DNA of 64,000 nt. It comes from Lentisphaeria bacterium (lineage in GTDB: Bacteria > Verrucomicrobiota > Lentisphaeria > JABSQK01 > JAWLHB01). Below are positions 10,311 to 21,031 of this stretch, piece by piece (position 1 is the stretch's first letter; the number at the start of each line of letters is the position of its first letter). The stretch lies in NCBI GenBank assembly GCA_041690595.1, contig JAWLHB010000020.1, positions 62,001 to 126,000 on the forward strand, written 5' to 3'. A model generated the notes under the pieces. It did not search any database and had not been told where the DNA came from. It saw only the letters and a list, made by a program, of their open reading frames with translations. The translations under genes and the position numbers were made by a program.

Positions 10311-12440
10311 ATGACATTCCTGCAAAACGGGCTTCTCTGGTTCCTGGTACTGGCGCTGATCCCGATCATCCTCTACCTTCTCTTTCGCCGCCGTCGCAAC
10401 GAGGTGGATTGGGGGGCGACCTACGTGCTACGCCTGGCTCTGGCGAGCGGCCGCCGGCAGACGCTCTGGAAGCAGCTCCTGGTCATCGCCCTGCGCACCC
10501 TGCTTCTGCTCCTCCTGATCCTGGCCTTTGCCCGCCCCTTTCTGGCACGCGGACCGGACGAGATGGGAGGCGATCTGCCGCACGGCCTTGGCACCCTTCA
10601 CCGCATCGTGCTCATCGACAACAGCCTCAGCATGAATGCGCAGCATGGTCTGGGAACCCGCATGGACGAGGCGCGCGAGGCGCTGGCACTCCTGCTTTCC
10701 ACCCTTCAGGCCGGTGATACGGCCCACTTGGTGCCCATGTGCCGTTCCCGCGACGAGGAGATCCTCGCCCAGGAGCTGGACGCGCCGATGAGCTGGAACG
10801 ACGCGGTGCAGGTTGCCGGCAGTGTCGAGGTCCGCGGCGCGCCGCTGGATATGGCGACCGCGCTGCGGGTTGCCGTCGAGCGCTTCCGCCAGGGAGCCGC
10901 CAACAATCGCCAACTCGTCATCATGACGGATCTCTCCCGCGGCGATCATCCAGAGCTGGCCGATTACGAGATGTTCGGCAAGATGCTGACGGATCTGCAG
11001 GTGCGGGTGGCCGTGCTCAACCTCGGCGAGCGCGACCGCTTGAACCTGGCGCTGGATGGCGCGGGCGTCGGAACGGAACGGCTGCTGGCCGGTCAGCCGA
11101 CCAATGCCTACGTGGAGGTCGTCAACTTCAGCGACATTCCCAGCGAGGATGGTCACCTGCGCTTCATCGCCAATGGCGAGCTGGTTGGCGAACAGCCCTG
11201 CATCCTCGCGCCGGGCCAGCGCCGCCGTTATCGCTTCGAGGTGACGCTGCCCGAGGGGGAACACGTGTTCGAGGCGCGCTTGAACGATGATGCGTATCCG
11301 GCCGACAATCGGGTGGAACGTTTCGTGCGGGCGGAGAGCGTAGTTCGCGTCCTGCTGGTGACGCCGGCCGAGAGCAAGGCCGAAGGTTTCGAGGCGCCGG
11401 GAGCCTTTCTGGAGCGGGCCCTGAGTGCTGCGCCGGAGATGCCATTCCGCTTTGCCGTCGAGAGCCTGCCGACCGATCGGCTGATCCCGGGGAGCTTCGC
11501 CCGGGCGGACGTGGTTGTCCTCTGCGATCCGGAGCGGCTGAACGAGTCGCTGCGGGAAGAGCTTGCCGGCTTTGTTCGGCGCGGCGGTGGTCTTCTGATC
11601 GGCGCCGGTGCGACGGTCGAGGCGGAGGTGCTCAATCGCCATCTGGGCAACCTGACGCCGGCGCGGCTGGAAGAGCCCTTCCGGCCGGAGTTCGACGCGG
11701 AGCGGTACCAGGAGATTCAGGCATCGGAGATCGGCCTGCCGATGCTGCGCGAGTTCGAGACGGCCTTGAACGGCGATCTGGGACGGGCCCGCATCTACAA
11801 TCACTGGCTGGTGTCGCCGGTCGAGGAGGCGGAGGTGGTGCTGCGCCTGAACAATGGCGATCCGCTGCTGCTGCATCGCGCCTTCGGCCAGGGGAGGGTC
11901 ATCCTCTGGGCGACGAGTCTGGGCGGTGCCTGGAGCAGCCTGCCGGTGCGCCAGGCCTACCTTCCCTTCATCTATCGCGTCCTCACCTGGGCCGGCGGAT
12001 TCGGTCGCGCCGCCCGCAATGTGCAGCCGGATGAGCCCCTGATCGCGGCCATTCCCGAAGGGCGCGAGAGTGCCTACCTGACCACCCCCGGCGCCGAGCT
12101 GCGCGAGGTCGAGATTCGAAGCGGGGACGGCCGCGCCTTTGTGCGCATCGACGACAGCAGCCAGCCGGGCACCTACGATCTGCGGGACGGAGAGCGCAAC
12201 CTGCTCGCCCGCTTCTCCGTGGCCATGCCGCTCGCCGAGAGCGACCTGCGCCTGCTCGAAGAGGAGGAGCTTCAGCGGCTGACCACCATTCTGGATGGCC
12301 GGCTCGCCGCGAACCGGGCGGAACTCGGTAAGGCCCTCTGGCGTGAAGGGGACGGCCGTGAGCAGGCCGCGTGGCTCCTCATCGCCGTCTTTTCTCTGTT
12401 TATTCTGGATGCACTGGCTACAAGGTTCTTCTTTTCATGA
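10311..12440 (+). CDS. BatA-domain/vWA membrane protein with Ig-like and GATase-like domains
   Basis: N-terminal double-TM BatA pattern (LIPIILYLL..W..LR..LILAFARP); MIDAS IDNSLSM; ESDL motif before the C-terminal TM. Confidence 0.88.
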   Translation: MTFLQNGLLWFLVLALIPIILYLLFRRRRNEVDWGATYVLRLALASGRRQTLWKQLLVIALRTLLLLLLILAFARPFLARGPDEMGGDLPHGLGTLHRIVLIDNSLSMNAQHGLGTRMDEAREALALLLSTLQAGDTAHLVPMCRSRDEEILAQELDAPMSWNDAVQVAGSVEVRGAPLDMATALRVAVERFRQGAANNRQLVIMTDLSRGDHPELADYEMFGKMLTDLQVRVAVLNLGERDRLNLALDGAGVGTERLLAGQPTNAYVEVVNFSDIPSEDGHLRFIANGELVGEQPCILAPGQRRRYRFEVTLPEGEHVFEARLNDDAYPADNRVERFVRAESVVRVLLVTPAESKAEGFEAPGAFLERALSAAPEMPFRFAVESLPTDRLIPGSFARADVVVLCDPERLNESLREELAGFVRRGGGLLIGAGATVEAEVLNRHLGNLTPARLEEPFRPEFDAERYQEIQASEIGLPMLREFETALNGDLGRARIYNHWLVSPVEEAEVVLRLNNGDPLLLHRAFGQGRVILWATSLGGAWSSLPVRQAYLPFIYRVLTWAGGFGRAARNVQPDEPLIAAIPEGRESAYLTTPGAELREVEIRSGDGRAFVRIDDSSQPGTYDLRDGERNLLARFSVAMPLAESDLRLLEEEELQRLTTILDGRLAANRAELGKALWREGDGREQAAWLLIAVFSLFILDALATRFFFS

Positions 12441-15058
12441 CGGAATCCATTCGAACGAGTTGGGATCTGCTCTTTGCCGGGGACTTGCCGCCATGGCTGG
12501 TGCTGGTGATCATGGCAGGCGGTGTGGCGGCGGTGATCTATCTGCTGCGCCGGGAGTTGCGCCGCCGGCGGGCTCGTGGCGCCGCGCGCTGGCTCTATGT
12601 TCTTCGCGTTGCCATCGTGATCCTGCTTGCCCTGGTGCTGGCGCAGCCGATCCTGGCTCTGCGGCGTGAACATACGCGACCGGGACCGCTGCTGGTCGTG
12701 CCGGATCATTCGGCCAGCATGCTGCGTACGGATGGCTGGCATGGCTCGGCGCTGCTGGATCTGGCGGCAACGACGGGGGAGCGGCTCGACGATCGCGAGA
12801 GTCGGCCCAAGGCCGCCGCCGCCCTGCTTGGCGCCGCCGAACCGCGCCTGGTGGAGGGGGGAGCGGAATTCCGGAACCTCTATGAACAACTTTCACAGGG
12901 GTTGCCGTGGGGCGAAAGCTTCGATCGGACACTGGCGGCGCGGCGCGCGGAGTTCACCCGCATGCTGGAGGAGATGCAGGCGCAGCGTGAGAGTCTGCAC
13001 ACCCTCGAAGCGGCCATGCGCGAGCAGGCGGAGTCGGTCGGCGATAGCCAGGCCACGCTGCCCTCCTTCACCCCGGAGCCGTTTGCGGCTTTCGCGGCGA
13101 CGGTCGAGGCGTTCGAAGCGGTGGTGGCGCGGCTGCGGGAGCAGGGTGATGAGGCGATGACGACCGCGGCCATGGAGCAGTTGGTGAGCAGCCTCGCCAT
13201 GACGATCGAGCAGGCGGGCGAGGCGCGACAACTACTGCGGGAGCTACAGTCGCGCGCGGATGAGCTGTACTGGGAGCAGCTTCCCGAGACGGCGCGCGAG
13301 TCGCTGGCCGCCCTGGCCGCCAGGCCCCGGATCGAGTTGGTCGAAGCGGCCTTTGCCGAGCTGGTGCGCCTGCACCCGGAGCTTCCATTCGAGGCTCCCG
13401 ACTGGGCTGCCGCCGCGGCTGCCGCCTTGCCGGGCACGGATCTCTATGCGCAGCTCGCCGCCCTGCTCGAAGACGAGCTGACCCAGCGCCAGGTGAGCGG
13501 CATCGTGTTGATCTCCGACGGCGGGCAGAATCTCCCCGAGAGGCCGGAGGTTCTGCGACAACTGCGGAAGCGGGGAGTGCCCCTGCATACGGTGGGGGTC
13601 GGCAGCGAAGAGCCGGTGCGGGATATTGCCATCGTCGACTATACGATGCCGGCGCTGGTGCGGGCCCGGCATGAGGTGCCGCTCTCCCTGCGCCTCAAGA
13701 CGGCGGTTCCCGAGGGGACCCGCATCGAGGTCATCGTCACCGCCGGCGGTACGGAGTTGGCACGGCGCGGCCTGGAAGCGGATGGCGCCGCTGAGATGAC
13801 GCTGGAGTTGATGCTGCGCGCGCCCGAGGAGGATGTCGGTCCCTTGACGCTGAAAGCCGCCATGGAGGCGCCCGATGCCGCGCCGGACAATGATGAGGTA
13901 CGCGTACCCCTGCACGTGGTGCGGACGGAGGCGCGGGTGCTGCTGGTGGCTAGGGCCCCACGCTGGGATCTGGTCTACCTGATGCGGGCGCTCCGGCAAC
14001 TGCCGGTCAACCTCGACACGGTCTTCTGGGGAGCGCTCAAGGAGGACGAAGAGCCGCGGCGCGGCAGCGGCTCCGGGCGCATCCCCGACCAAGCAGCGCG
14101 TCTCAAGCGGTACGACCTGGTGATTCTCGACGGTCCGCTTTTCCCCGGCTATGGCGACGCCGATACCACGCTCTTCCGTGGCTACGCGGAGCAGGGTGGG
14201 GCGCTGCTGCTCAACATGGATGCGCAGGGAGGATCTTACTTCGCCGAGCTGGGCGATGGCGCGGTGGGGGAGCTGCGGACGGGCGAGCTGCGTCCGGCAT
14301 CGACTCCTCCGGCTCCGGCCGTGGCGCTCAGCGCGGATCCATCGCGGACGCTGGCGTTGTGGCGCGAGCTGGCGAGCCCGTCGGCCATAGCCGTGGCGCC
14401 ACCGTCGGATGTGCCGCTGCTGATCGCGAATCCCGGCGAAACCCCAGTTTTTGCTTTGCGCTTCGTGGGCGCCGGGCGCATCTATACGCTCAGCATTGGC
14501 GATCTCTTTCGCCTGCGCGAGTGGGAGGGCGGCCCGTCGGTCAACCGTTTCATGGCGGCTCTCACGGCCGATCTGCTCACGCCGCTGGCCGGCGGAGAGG
14601 AGCTGCCCCTGATCTATCCGTCCCTTCCGCTGCCCGGGGGGCAGGCATACGTGGTGGGCGGTGGCGCCTGGCGCCTGACGGCGGCGGGGAACGAGAGTCC
14701 TCTGGCGGTGGGCGGCGAGGCCACGGTTCAGCCGGTCGCTCTCCCCCGTGAGGCCGAACTGGCGTTGAGCCAGGGGGAGGTGACGCGGACCGTTCATCTT
14801 GCCAAGCCGGTTTCGGCCGAAGCGCTGGTGCTCAACCTGCAGTCGGCGGTGCCCCGAGCGATGAGCGCCGCCGCCGGCGGGAGTTACGTGTCGCTGGCGG
14901 AACTCCAGCAGCTCCCGGAGCGCATCGAGATCAAGCCGGACATCGAGGTCACCTTCCGGCAGATCCGCCTCTGGAATCTGCCCTTTCTCCTCCTCCTCGT
15001 GGTGGCGCTGATGACTATCGACTGGGTCCTCCGCCGTCACTGCGGCCTCATCCTCTGA
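12437..15058 (+). CDS. Membrane-anchored vWA/GATase-like protein of the MoxR cluster
   Basis: ATGA overlap start; two N-terminal TMs; PDHSASM..GTDL..LISDG vWA motifs; C-terminal LW..LL..DWVLRR..GL tail. Confidence 0.85.
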   Translation: MTESIRTSWDLLFAGDLPPWLVLVIMAGGVAAVIYLLRRELRRRRARGAARWLYVLRVAIVILLALVLAQPILALRREHTRPGPLLVVPDHSASMLRTDGWHGSALLDLAATTGERLDDRESRPKAAAALLGAAEPRLVEGGAEFRNLYEQLSQGLPWGESFDRTLAARRAEFTRMLEEMQAQRESLHTLEAAMREQAESVGDSQATLPSFTPEPFAAFAATVEAFEAVVARLREQGDEAMTTAAMEQLVSSLAMTIEQAGEARQLLRELQSRADELYWEQLPETARESLAALAARPRIELVEAAFAELVRLHPELPFEAPDWAAAAAAALPGTDLYAQLAALLEDELTQRQVSGIVLISDGGQNLPERPEVLRQLRKRGVPLHTVGVGSEEPVRDIAIVDYTMPALVRARHEVPLSLRLKTAVPEGTRIEVIVTAGGTELARRGLEADGAAEMTLELMLRAPEEDVGPLTLKAAMEAPDAAPDNDEVRVPLHVVRTEARVLLVARAPRWDLVYLMRALRQLPVNLDTVFWGALKEDEEPRRGSGSGRIPDQAARLKRYDLVILDGPLFPGYGDADTTLFRGYAEQGGALLLNMDAQGGSYFAELGDGAVGELRTGELRPASTPPAPAVALSADPSRTLALWRELASPSAIAVAPPSDVPLLIANPGETPVFALRFVGAGRIYTLSIGDLFRLREWEGGPSVNRFMAALTADLLTPLAGGEELPLIYPSLPLPGGQAYVVGGGAWRLTAAGNESPLAVGGEATVQPVALPREAELALSQGEVTRTVHLAKPVSAEALVLNLQSAVPRAMSAAAGGSYVSLAELQQLPERIEIKPDIEVTFRQIRLWNLPFLLLLVVALMTIDWVLRRHCGLIL

Positions 15059-15059
15059 G

Positions 15060-15105
15060 CGACGCTGCTTCATGGATCGAGACGGCGGTCCGGGCCGGTG
15101 AGGAA
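15060..15105. repeat. 46-bp perfect direct repeat, copy 1
   Basis: CGACGCTGCTTCATGGATCGAGACGGCGGTCCGGGCCGGTGAGGAA, identical to 20986-21031; extends to 51 bp with one mismatch. Confidence 0.97.
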
Positions 15106-15152
15106 AGGCGCAATCAGGCTCATGGTACTGACGGTCCGTGCGTTGCATGCGA

Positions 15153-15167
15153 TGGCACGAATCATGC
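15153..15167 (+). promoter_or_regulatory. Putative sigma54 (-24/-12) promoter
   Basis: TGGCACGAATCATGC matches TGGCACG-N4-TTGC with correct GG-N10-GC spacing and one mismatch. Confidence 0.6.
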
Positions 15168-15177
15168 GAGAAAAGAG

Positions 15178-15264
15178 GTAACGACTCGTCGAGAGGCGTG
15201 GGGCTCTGGTGAGCCTTGTATGTGCGCTCAGCATTGACTGCTATGCCTCTCGACAAGTCGTTAC
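15178..15264 (+). ncRNA. Candidate structured RNA or leader hairpin
   Basis: 20-bp inverted repeat 15178-15197 / 15245-15264 (19/20 paired), extendable by G-U pairs, with an inner TGAGC/GCTCA stem; begins at the predicted sigma54 start site. Confidence 0.4.
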
Positions 15265-15396
15265 AAGAGAATGTAGTATGATTCAAGAGGATTTGAGTTC
15301 CTATATTCTTTTTCGTATACTCATCAGGTGGACGCTGCGGATCATGGGGAATGATCCACACGCGCCCCAGGACATGCAGTAGAAGGGGATCGGGGA

Positions 15397-18300
15397 ATGG
15401 TGTCGACGCGTGCGGGGATACGGGGGCTTTTGCCAATAAGCATGGCGGTTGTACTCGTGCTCAGTGGTGGCATCGTGGGGTGGCTTGCCCATTCGACTGA
15501 GCAGGCGTTTCAGCATGCCCTTTTGGCGGCCGCGGCTGCCGGCGGATTGGTGAGCGCTGCTCTGGCTGTTGTGATTGGTTTGCTCTGGCAGCGCCGTCAG
15601 GATCCCGAGCGACAGATCGCCGAGCGCACCACCTCACTCCAGGCCAGCGAAGAACGTCAACAGCTGCTCTTCAACAACGCTGTTTTTGCCGTTGCCGTGC
15701 AAGAACTCGTTCTCGATTGCGACAACGTGCCTGTCGATTACCGATTCATCGAAGTCAATCCGGCGTTCGTCGACCACACTGGTCTCCCGATCGAGGAGGT
15801 CGTCGGTCGCTGCGGCTGCGAAATCTTCCCCGACGCCACGCATCAGGAGTACGTATCCATCTTCGCTCGTGTCGCCATGCAAGGCGAACCGATCAGCTTC
15901 GAGGGCCATGTTCCACGTCTCGACCGTTACTTCCAAATCAACGCCTACCCCCTTGGGCAGAGGCGCTTTGCCACCGTCTTCACCGATGTCAGCGAGCGCA
16001 AGCGGAGCGAGCAGGCGCTACGCGCAAAGACTGAAGAACTCGACCGCTACTTCACGCTCAGCCTGGACCTGCTTTGCATTGCCGACACCAGCGGTCACTT
16101 CATCCGCGTCAATCCGGAGTGGGAGACGGTTCTCGGCTATCCTCGCAATGAACTCGAAGGTCGCTTGTTTCTGGAACTGGTACACCCCGATGACCACAAA
16201 GTTACCCTCGCCGCAATGGGCAAACTGGGCGAGGGTGAGGAGATCCTCAGCTTCGAAAATCGCTATCGCTGTCGCGACGGCTCCTGGCGTTGGATAGAAT
16301 GGCGGTCTCACCCCCTGGGCGACCTCATCTATGCCGTTGCCCGCGATATCACCGAGCGCCGCCTCGCGGAAGACGAGCTGCGCGCCGAGCGCGACCTCTT
16401 CTCAGCTGGGCCGGTCATGACCATCGTCTGGGAGATCAGCGAAGGCTGGCCGGTATGCCACATCTCCAGCAACGTCATCGACGTGCTGGGCTACATGCCC
16501 GAGGAACTTACGACTGATGGTTTTCGCTATGCCTCGCTCCTGCACCCCGACGACCACGCCCGCGTTTGTGCGGAGGTAACCGGTCATCTGGCCGAGGAGT
16601 GTGGCGACGCCTATGAGCAGTCGTACCGACTTCGCCGCAAGGACGGCAGCTATTGCTGGTTTTACGATTTCACCAAGCTTATACGGGATGACCGAGGCAA
16701 GCTCTCCGGCATCCGCGGATACGTCTTTGACCAGTCACGGATAAAGCAGATGGAAGAGGCGCTTCAGGAGCAGCGCAGGCGCCTGCAGGGCATCATCGAG
16801 GGTACCAATGTCGGCACCTGGGAATGGAACGTCCAGACGGGCGAAACGACCTTTAACGAGCGCTGGGCCGAGATCATCGGCTATAGCCTTGAGGAACTGG
16901 AGCCCATCTCCATTGAGACATGGATGCGCTTTGCCCATCCGGGAGATCAGGTGACCAGCGGCGAGCTTCTGCAGGCCCACTTCCGCGGCGAGACGGAGTA
17001 CTATGCGTGCGAAGCGCGCATGCGCCACCGGGACGGCCACTGGGCCTGGGTGCTTGTCCGCGGCAGAGTATCGGTGTGGACCGAAGACGGGCGACCGCTG
17101 CTCATGCAGGGCACCCATCAGGACATCACCGAGAGCGTGCGCGTACGAGAAGCCCTCAGCGAGAGCGAGGTAAATTTCCGCTCCCTCTTCCAATCCATCG
17201 GCGATTTCACCCTCGTCACCACCGCCGACGGCAAGATCGTCTACCATAACCAGGCCCTCTGCGGACGGCTCGGATACAGCGAAGAGGAACTGGCAGCCAT
17301 GCATGTGCTGGAGTTGCATCCAGCCAACCAGCGCCAGGAAGCCGAAGCCGTCTTTGCTGCGGTGATTCGCGGCGAGCGCCAGGACTGCCCGCTGCCTCTG
17401 GTCGCCCGCGACGGCACCACCATCCCGGTCGAGACCCGAACCTGGGTCACCATGTGGGACGGTACCTCCTGCATCGTAGGCCTCTGCAAAGATCTCAGTG
17501 GCGAAGTGGAGGCCCAGCAGCGCTTCGAGCGCCTTTTTCGCCGAAACCCCACCCTCATGGCCCTGAGCAAGCTGCCCGACCGCCGCTTCAGCGACGTCAA
17601 CCAAGCTTTCCTGGACTCCCTCGGCTATGTCCACGACGAGGTCATTGGCCGCACCCCTGACGAACTCGATCTGATAGCAGATCCGGCGGAGCAGAAGAAG
17701 CTGCTTGACGCCATCACGACTGGGCGCCCCGTCGCCGACTTCGAGTTCCGCATGCGCGCAAAGGATGGAAGCATCCTCGATGGGCTCTTTTCCGGCGAGA
17801 CCATCACCAGTCAGGGCATCAGCTACTACCTCTCCGTCGTCATCGACATCACCCGCCGCAAGGCCGCTGAACGCCAGCTCGGCGCTTACCAGTCCGTCGT
17901 TGAAAACAGCGACGACATCATTGTCGTCAAAGACCTCGACCTGCGGGTCATCGCCACCAACCAGGCGTTCGCTACGGCCAGCGGCCATGCCAGCACCGAT
18001 GAGTTGCTCGGCAAGACTGACGCTGAGATCTTCAATATCTCGCCTGACAGCGAGCCGGTCCGCTCGTACATGGCCGATGAGCGCACTGCCCAGCGCCTGC
18101 CCCGTGGCCAGAGCCTGGTGCGTGAAGAGCCCGTTATGTACCCTGATGGCGACATCCACACCGTGCTCACCAAAAAGTACCCGATCTACGATGACGCTGG
18201 CGTCCTCCTGGGGACCGGCAATATCTCCACCGATATCTCCGCCCAGAAGCGAATCGAAGCGGACCTCCTGCAGACCAACTGGCAGCTTGAGGAAGCCACC

Positions 18301-20310
18301 GCCCGGGCCAACGCCATGGCGGTAGAGGCGGAACTCGCCAGCGCCGCCAAAAGCGAATTTCTCGCCAACATGAGCCACGAAATCCGGACCCCCATGAACG
18401 GCGTCATCGGGATGACCAGCCTGCTCCTCGACACCAGCCTCGATCCCGAGCAGCGCCACTACGCCGAAACCGTCGAGGCCAGCGCCACTTCCCTGCTCAA
18501 CCTGATCAACGACATCCTCGACTTTTCCAAGATCGAGGCCAAGAAGTTGGAACTGGAGATTCTCGAGTTCGACCTGCAGGACATGCTGGAGGACTTTGCC
18601 GTCACTCTCGCGTTGCGGGCTCACGAGAAAGGGCTGGAGCTGGTCTGCGGGATGGAGCCAGGGGTGCCCGCCTACCTGCGCGGCGACCCCGGGCGCTTGC
18701 GTCAGATTCTTACCAACCTGGGCAGCAACGCCGTCAAGTTTACCGCTGCAGGCGAAGTCGCCATCCGCGTCCGTATCGAGCAGGAAACCGCAACCGGCGT
18801 ACTTCTCCGCTTCACCGTACGTGACACTGGCATCGGTATTCCGCGCAGCCAACAGCACCTTCTCTTCGAGAAGTTCAATCAGATTGACACTTCCACCACC
18901 CGGCAATACGGTGGCACCGGCCTCGGCCTCGCCATCTCCAAGCAGCTTGCCGAAATGATGGGCGGCACTATCGGCCTCGAAAGCAAACCGGGCCAGGGCA
19001 GCCTCTTCTGGTTCACCGTCCACCTCGAACGCGCCCCTGGCTTGGCCCTGTCGGATACCACACCGCCCGAATCCCTCGTCGGTGTCCGCACGCTGATCGT
19101 CGACGACAACGGCACCAACCGGGAAATCCTCACCACCCGTCTGGCCGCCTGGGCGATGCGCCCGACCGCCTGCCCCGATGGCCCCGAAGCGCTCGCCTGC
19201 CTGCAACGGGCGGCCGAACTTGGCGACCCTTATCGTGTGGTGATCATCGACATGCAGATGCCTGGGATGGACGGCGAAACGTTGGGCCGCACCATCCGCG
19301 GCAACCCGCGGTTCGCCGACACCCGCCTCGTCATCCTCACCTCGCTTGGGGGGCGCGGGGATGCCCAGCACTTCGCCGATATCGGTTTCGATGCCTACCT
19401 CATCAAACCGGCACGCACCTCGGAGTTGAAAGGTGTGCTCGCGCAGGTTATCAGCGGCGACGGCAGTGGGGTGGGGGGGCGCCGTGGTCTTCTAGGTCAC
19501 CGCCGCCAAAGCCACCCGATCGACCTCTTCAGCGGCGTCAAGGCGCGTATTCTCCTGGCGGAAGACAACCCGACGAATCAGCAGGTAGCGCTGGGCATCA
19601 TCAAACGCCTTGGCCTGGCTGCCGACGCGGTTGCCAATGGCCATGAAGTCCTGCGCGCCCTGGCCACCATCGACTACGACCTCGTCCTCATGGATGTGCA
19701 GATGCCCGACATGGACGGCCTCCAGGCGACGCGGATGATTCGCGCCGGTGCGAGCGGCGTCCACAACCCGCGTATCCCGATCGTCGCCATGACCGCCCAC
19801 GCCATGCAGGGCGACCGCGAAGCTTGCCTGGAGGCCGGCATGAATGGCTACGTCGCCAAGCCCGTTAGTGCAAAAGTCCTGGCTCGCGAGCTGCGCGAAT
19901 GGTTGCTGCCAGCCGAAGCGAAAGCCCTGTCGCCGCCAGGAACGGCACCCGCAGCCGACAAGGCCGCGGCCTGGGATCGTGAAGCCATGCTCGAACGACT
20001 GATGGGGGACGAGGAGCTTGCCGACAAGATCGTCAACGTCTTCCTCGACGACCTCCCACGCCAACTTGACAGTCTGGCCGGGCTGCTTGCCAGCGGCGAC
20101 TTGGCCGGCGTTGTGCGGCAGACCCACACCATCAAGGGAGCCGCGGCCAATGTCGGTGGCGAACTCCTCCGCCAGTGTGCCATGGATGCGGAAACGGCCG
20201 CACGGGCCGGACATCTGGAAGAGGTCGTTCGCGTCCTGCCCGGCATGCGCAGCGCGTTCGACGATCTCAAGCGGCACATGACCCGGCCACCAGCAGAGCT
20301 CCAGCCATGA
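15397..20310 (+). CDS. Hybrid sensor histidine kinase: 2 TM, about 7 PAS/PAC, HisKA, HATPase, 2 REC, HPt
   Basis: [16 protein letters not shown]-box; [30 protein letters not shown]; two receivers (DMQMP, DVQMP); [12 protein letters not shown]t. Exact start uncertain. Confidence 0.95.
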   Translation: MVSTRAGIRGLLPISMAVVLVLSGGIVGWLAHSTEQAFQHALLAAAAAGGLVSAALAVVIGLLWQRRQDPERQIAERTTSLQASEERQQLLFNNAVFAVAVQELVLDCDNVPVDYRFIEVNPAFVDHTGLPIEEVVGRCGCEIFPDATHQEYVSIFARVAMQGEPISFEGHVPRLDRYFQINAYPLGQRRFATVFTDVSERKRSEQALRAKTEELDRYFTLSLDLLCIADTSGHFIRVNPEWETVLGYPRNELEGRLFLELVHPDDHKVTLAAMGKLGEGEEILSFENRYRCRDGSWRWIEWRSHPLGDLIYAVARDITERRLAEDELRAERDLFSAGPVMTIVWEISEGWPVCHISSNVIDVLGYMPEELTTDGFRYASLLHPDDHARVCAEVTGHLAEECGDAYEQSYRLRRKDGSYCWFYDFTKLIRDDRGKLSGIRGYVFDQSRIKQMEEALQEQRRRLQGIIEGTNVGTWEWNVQTGETTFNERWAEIIGYSLEELEPISIETWMRFAHPGDQVTSGELLQAHFRGETEYYACEARMRHRDGHWAWVLVRGRVSVWTEDGRPLLMQGTHQDITESVRVREALSESEVNFRSLFQSIGDFTLVTTADGKIVYHNQALCGRLGYSEEELAAMHVLELHPANQRQEAEAVFAAVIRGERQDCPLPLVARDGTTIPVETRTWVTMWDGTSCIVGLCKDLSGEVEAQQRFERLFRRNPTLMALSKLPDRRFSDVNQAFLDSLGYVHDEVIGRTPDELDLIADPAEQKKLLDAITTGRPVADFEFRMRAKDGSILDGLFSGETITSQGISYYLSVVIDITRRKAAERQLGAYQSVVENSDDIIVVKDLDLRVIATNQAFATASGHASTDELLGKTDAEIFNISPDSEPVRSYMADERTAQRLPRGQSLVREEPVMYPDGDIHTVLTKKYPIYDDAGVLLGTGNISTDISAQKRIEADLLQTNWQLEEATARANAMAVEAELASAAKSEFLANMSHEIRTPMNGVIGMTSLLLDTSLDPEQRHYAETVEASATSLLNLINDILDFSKIEAKKLELEILEFDLQDMLEDFAVTLALRAHEKGLELVCGMEPGVPAYLRGDPGRLRQILTNLGSNAVKFTAAGEVAIRVRIEQETATGVLLRFTVRDTGIGIPRSQQHLLFEKFNQIDTSTTRQYGGTGLGLAISKQLAEMMGGTIGLESKPGQGSLFWFTVHLERAPGLALSDTTPPESLVGVRTLIVDDNGTNREILTTRLAAWAMRPTACPDGPEALACLQRAAELGDPYRVVIIDMQMPGMDGETLGRTIRGNPRFADTRLVILTSLGGRGDAQHFADIGFDAYLIKPARTSELKGVLAQVISGDGSGVGGRRGLLGHRRQSHPIDLFSGVKARILLAEDNPTNQQVALGIIKRLGLAADAVANGHEVLRALATIDYDLVLMDVQMPDMDGLQATRMIRAGASGVHNPRIPIVAMTAHAMQGDREACLEAGMNGYVAKPVSAKVLARELREWLLPAEAKALSPPGTAPAADKAAAWDREAMLERLMGDEELADKIVNVFLDDLPRQLDSLAGLLASGDLAGVVRQTHTIKGAAANVGGELLRQCAMDAETAARAGHLEEVVRVLPGMRSAFDDLKRHMTRPPAELQP

Positions 20311-20339
20311 GCTGATCCACCTCCAACCCCAGCACCATC

Positions 20340-20984
20340 ATGCGAATTCTCATCGCCGAAGACGACTATACGTCTCGCACCATTCTCTCCGCCGTGCTGA
20401 CCAAGGACGGCTACGACATTGTCGAAGCCACCGACGGCCCGGCGGCTTTGAACGCTCTGCGGCAGGACGACGCACCCCGCCTCGCCCTCCTCGACTGGAT
20501 CATGCCCGGAATGGACGGCATCGATGTCCTCAAGTGCCTGCGCGAAGCGCCATCCGACTATCCCGCTTACGTGCTCATGCTCACCGCCCGCAACGGAAAG
20601 TCGGACATCGCTGAGGCGCTCGACGCCGGCGCCGATGACTACTTGGTGAAGCCCTTCAATATGAACGAGTTGCGGGCGCGTGTCAGCGTCGGACGCCGCA
20701 TGCTGGACCTGCAGGATCGCCTGCACCGGCGACTGGACGACCTGCAGGAGGCGATTACTCACATCAAACACCTGCAGGGCATCCTTCCGATCTGTTCCTT
20801 CTGCAAGAAGATCCGCGACGACGAGGGCTACTGGGACCGGGTGGAGGCTTACATCAGTCGCCACTCCGATGCGATGTTCAGCCACACCTGCTGCCCAGAG
20901 TGCATGGAGCGGGAATACCCGGAATTCTGGGAGCGTCAGCAGGCGGCGTTGGCCCGCGAGAGGGGTGTCAAGAACAACGCCTGA
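20340..20984 (+). CDS. Response regulator with C-terminal Cys/His (CxxC...HxCCPxC) domain
   Basis: ILIAEDD, LDWIMP, GADDYLVKPF; tail LPICSFCKKIRDDEGYW..FSHTCCPEC. Confidence 0.92.
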   Translation: MRILIAEDDYTSRTILSAVLTKDGYDIVEATDGPAALNALRQDDAPRLALLDWIMPGMDGIDVLKCLREAPSDYPAYVLMLTARNGKSDIAEALDAGADDYLVKPFNMNELRARVSVGRRMLDLQDRLHRRLDDLQEAITHIKHLQGILPICSFCKKIRDDEGYWDRVEAYISRHSDAMFSHTCCPECMEREYPEFWERQQAALARERGVKNNA

Positions 20985-20985
20985 A

Positions 20986-21031
20986 CGACGCTGCTTCATG
21001 GATCGAGACGGCGGTCCGGGCCGGTGAGGAA
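20986..21031. repeat. 46-bp perfect direct repeat, copy 2; contains the 3' end of the DnaC-like gene
   Basis: Identical to 15060-15105; the minus strand encodes FLTGPDRRLDP-stop. Confidence 0.97.
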
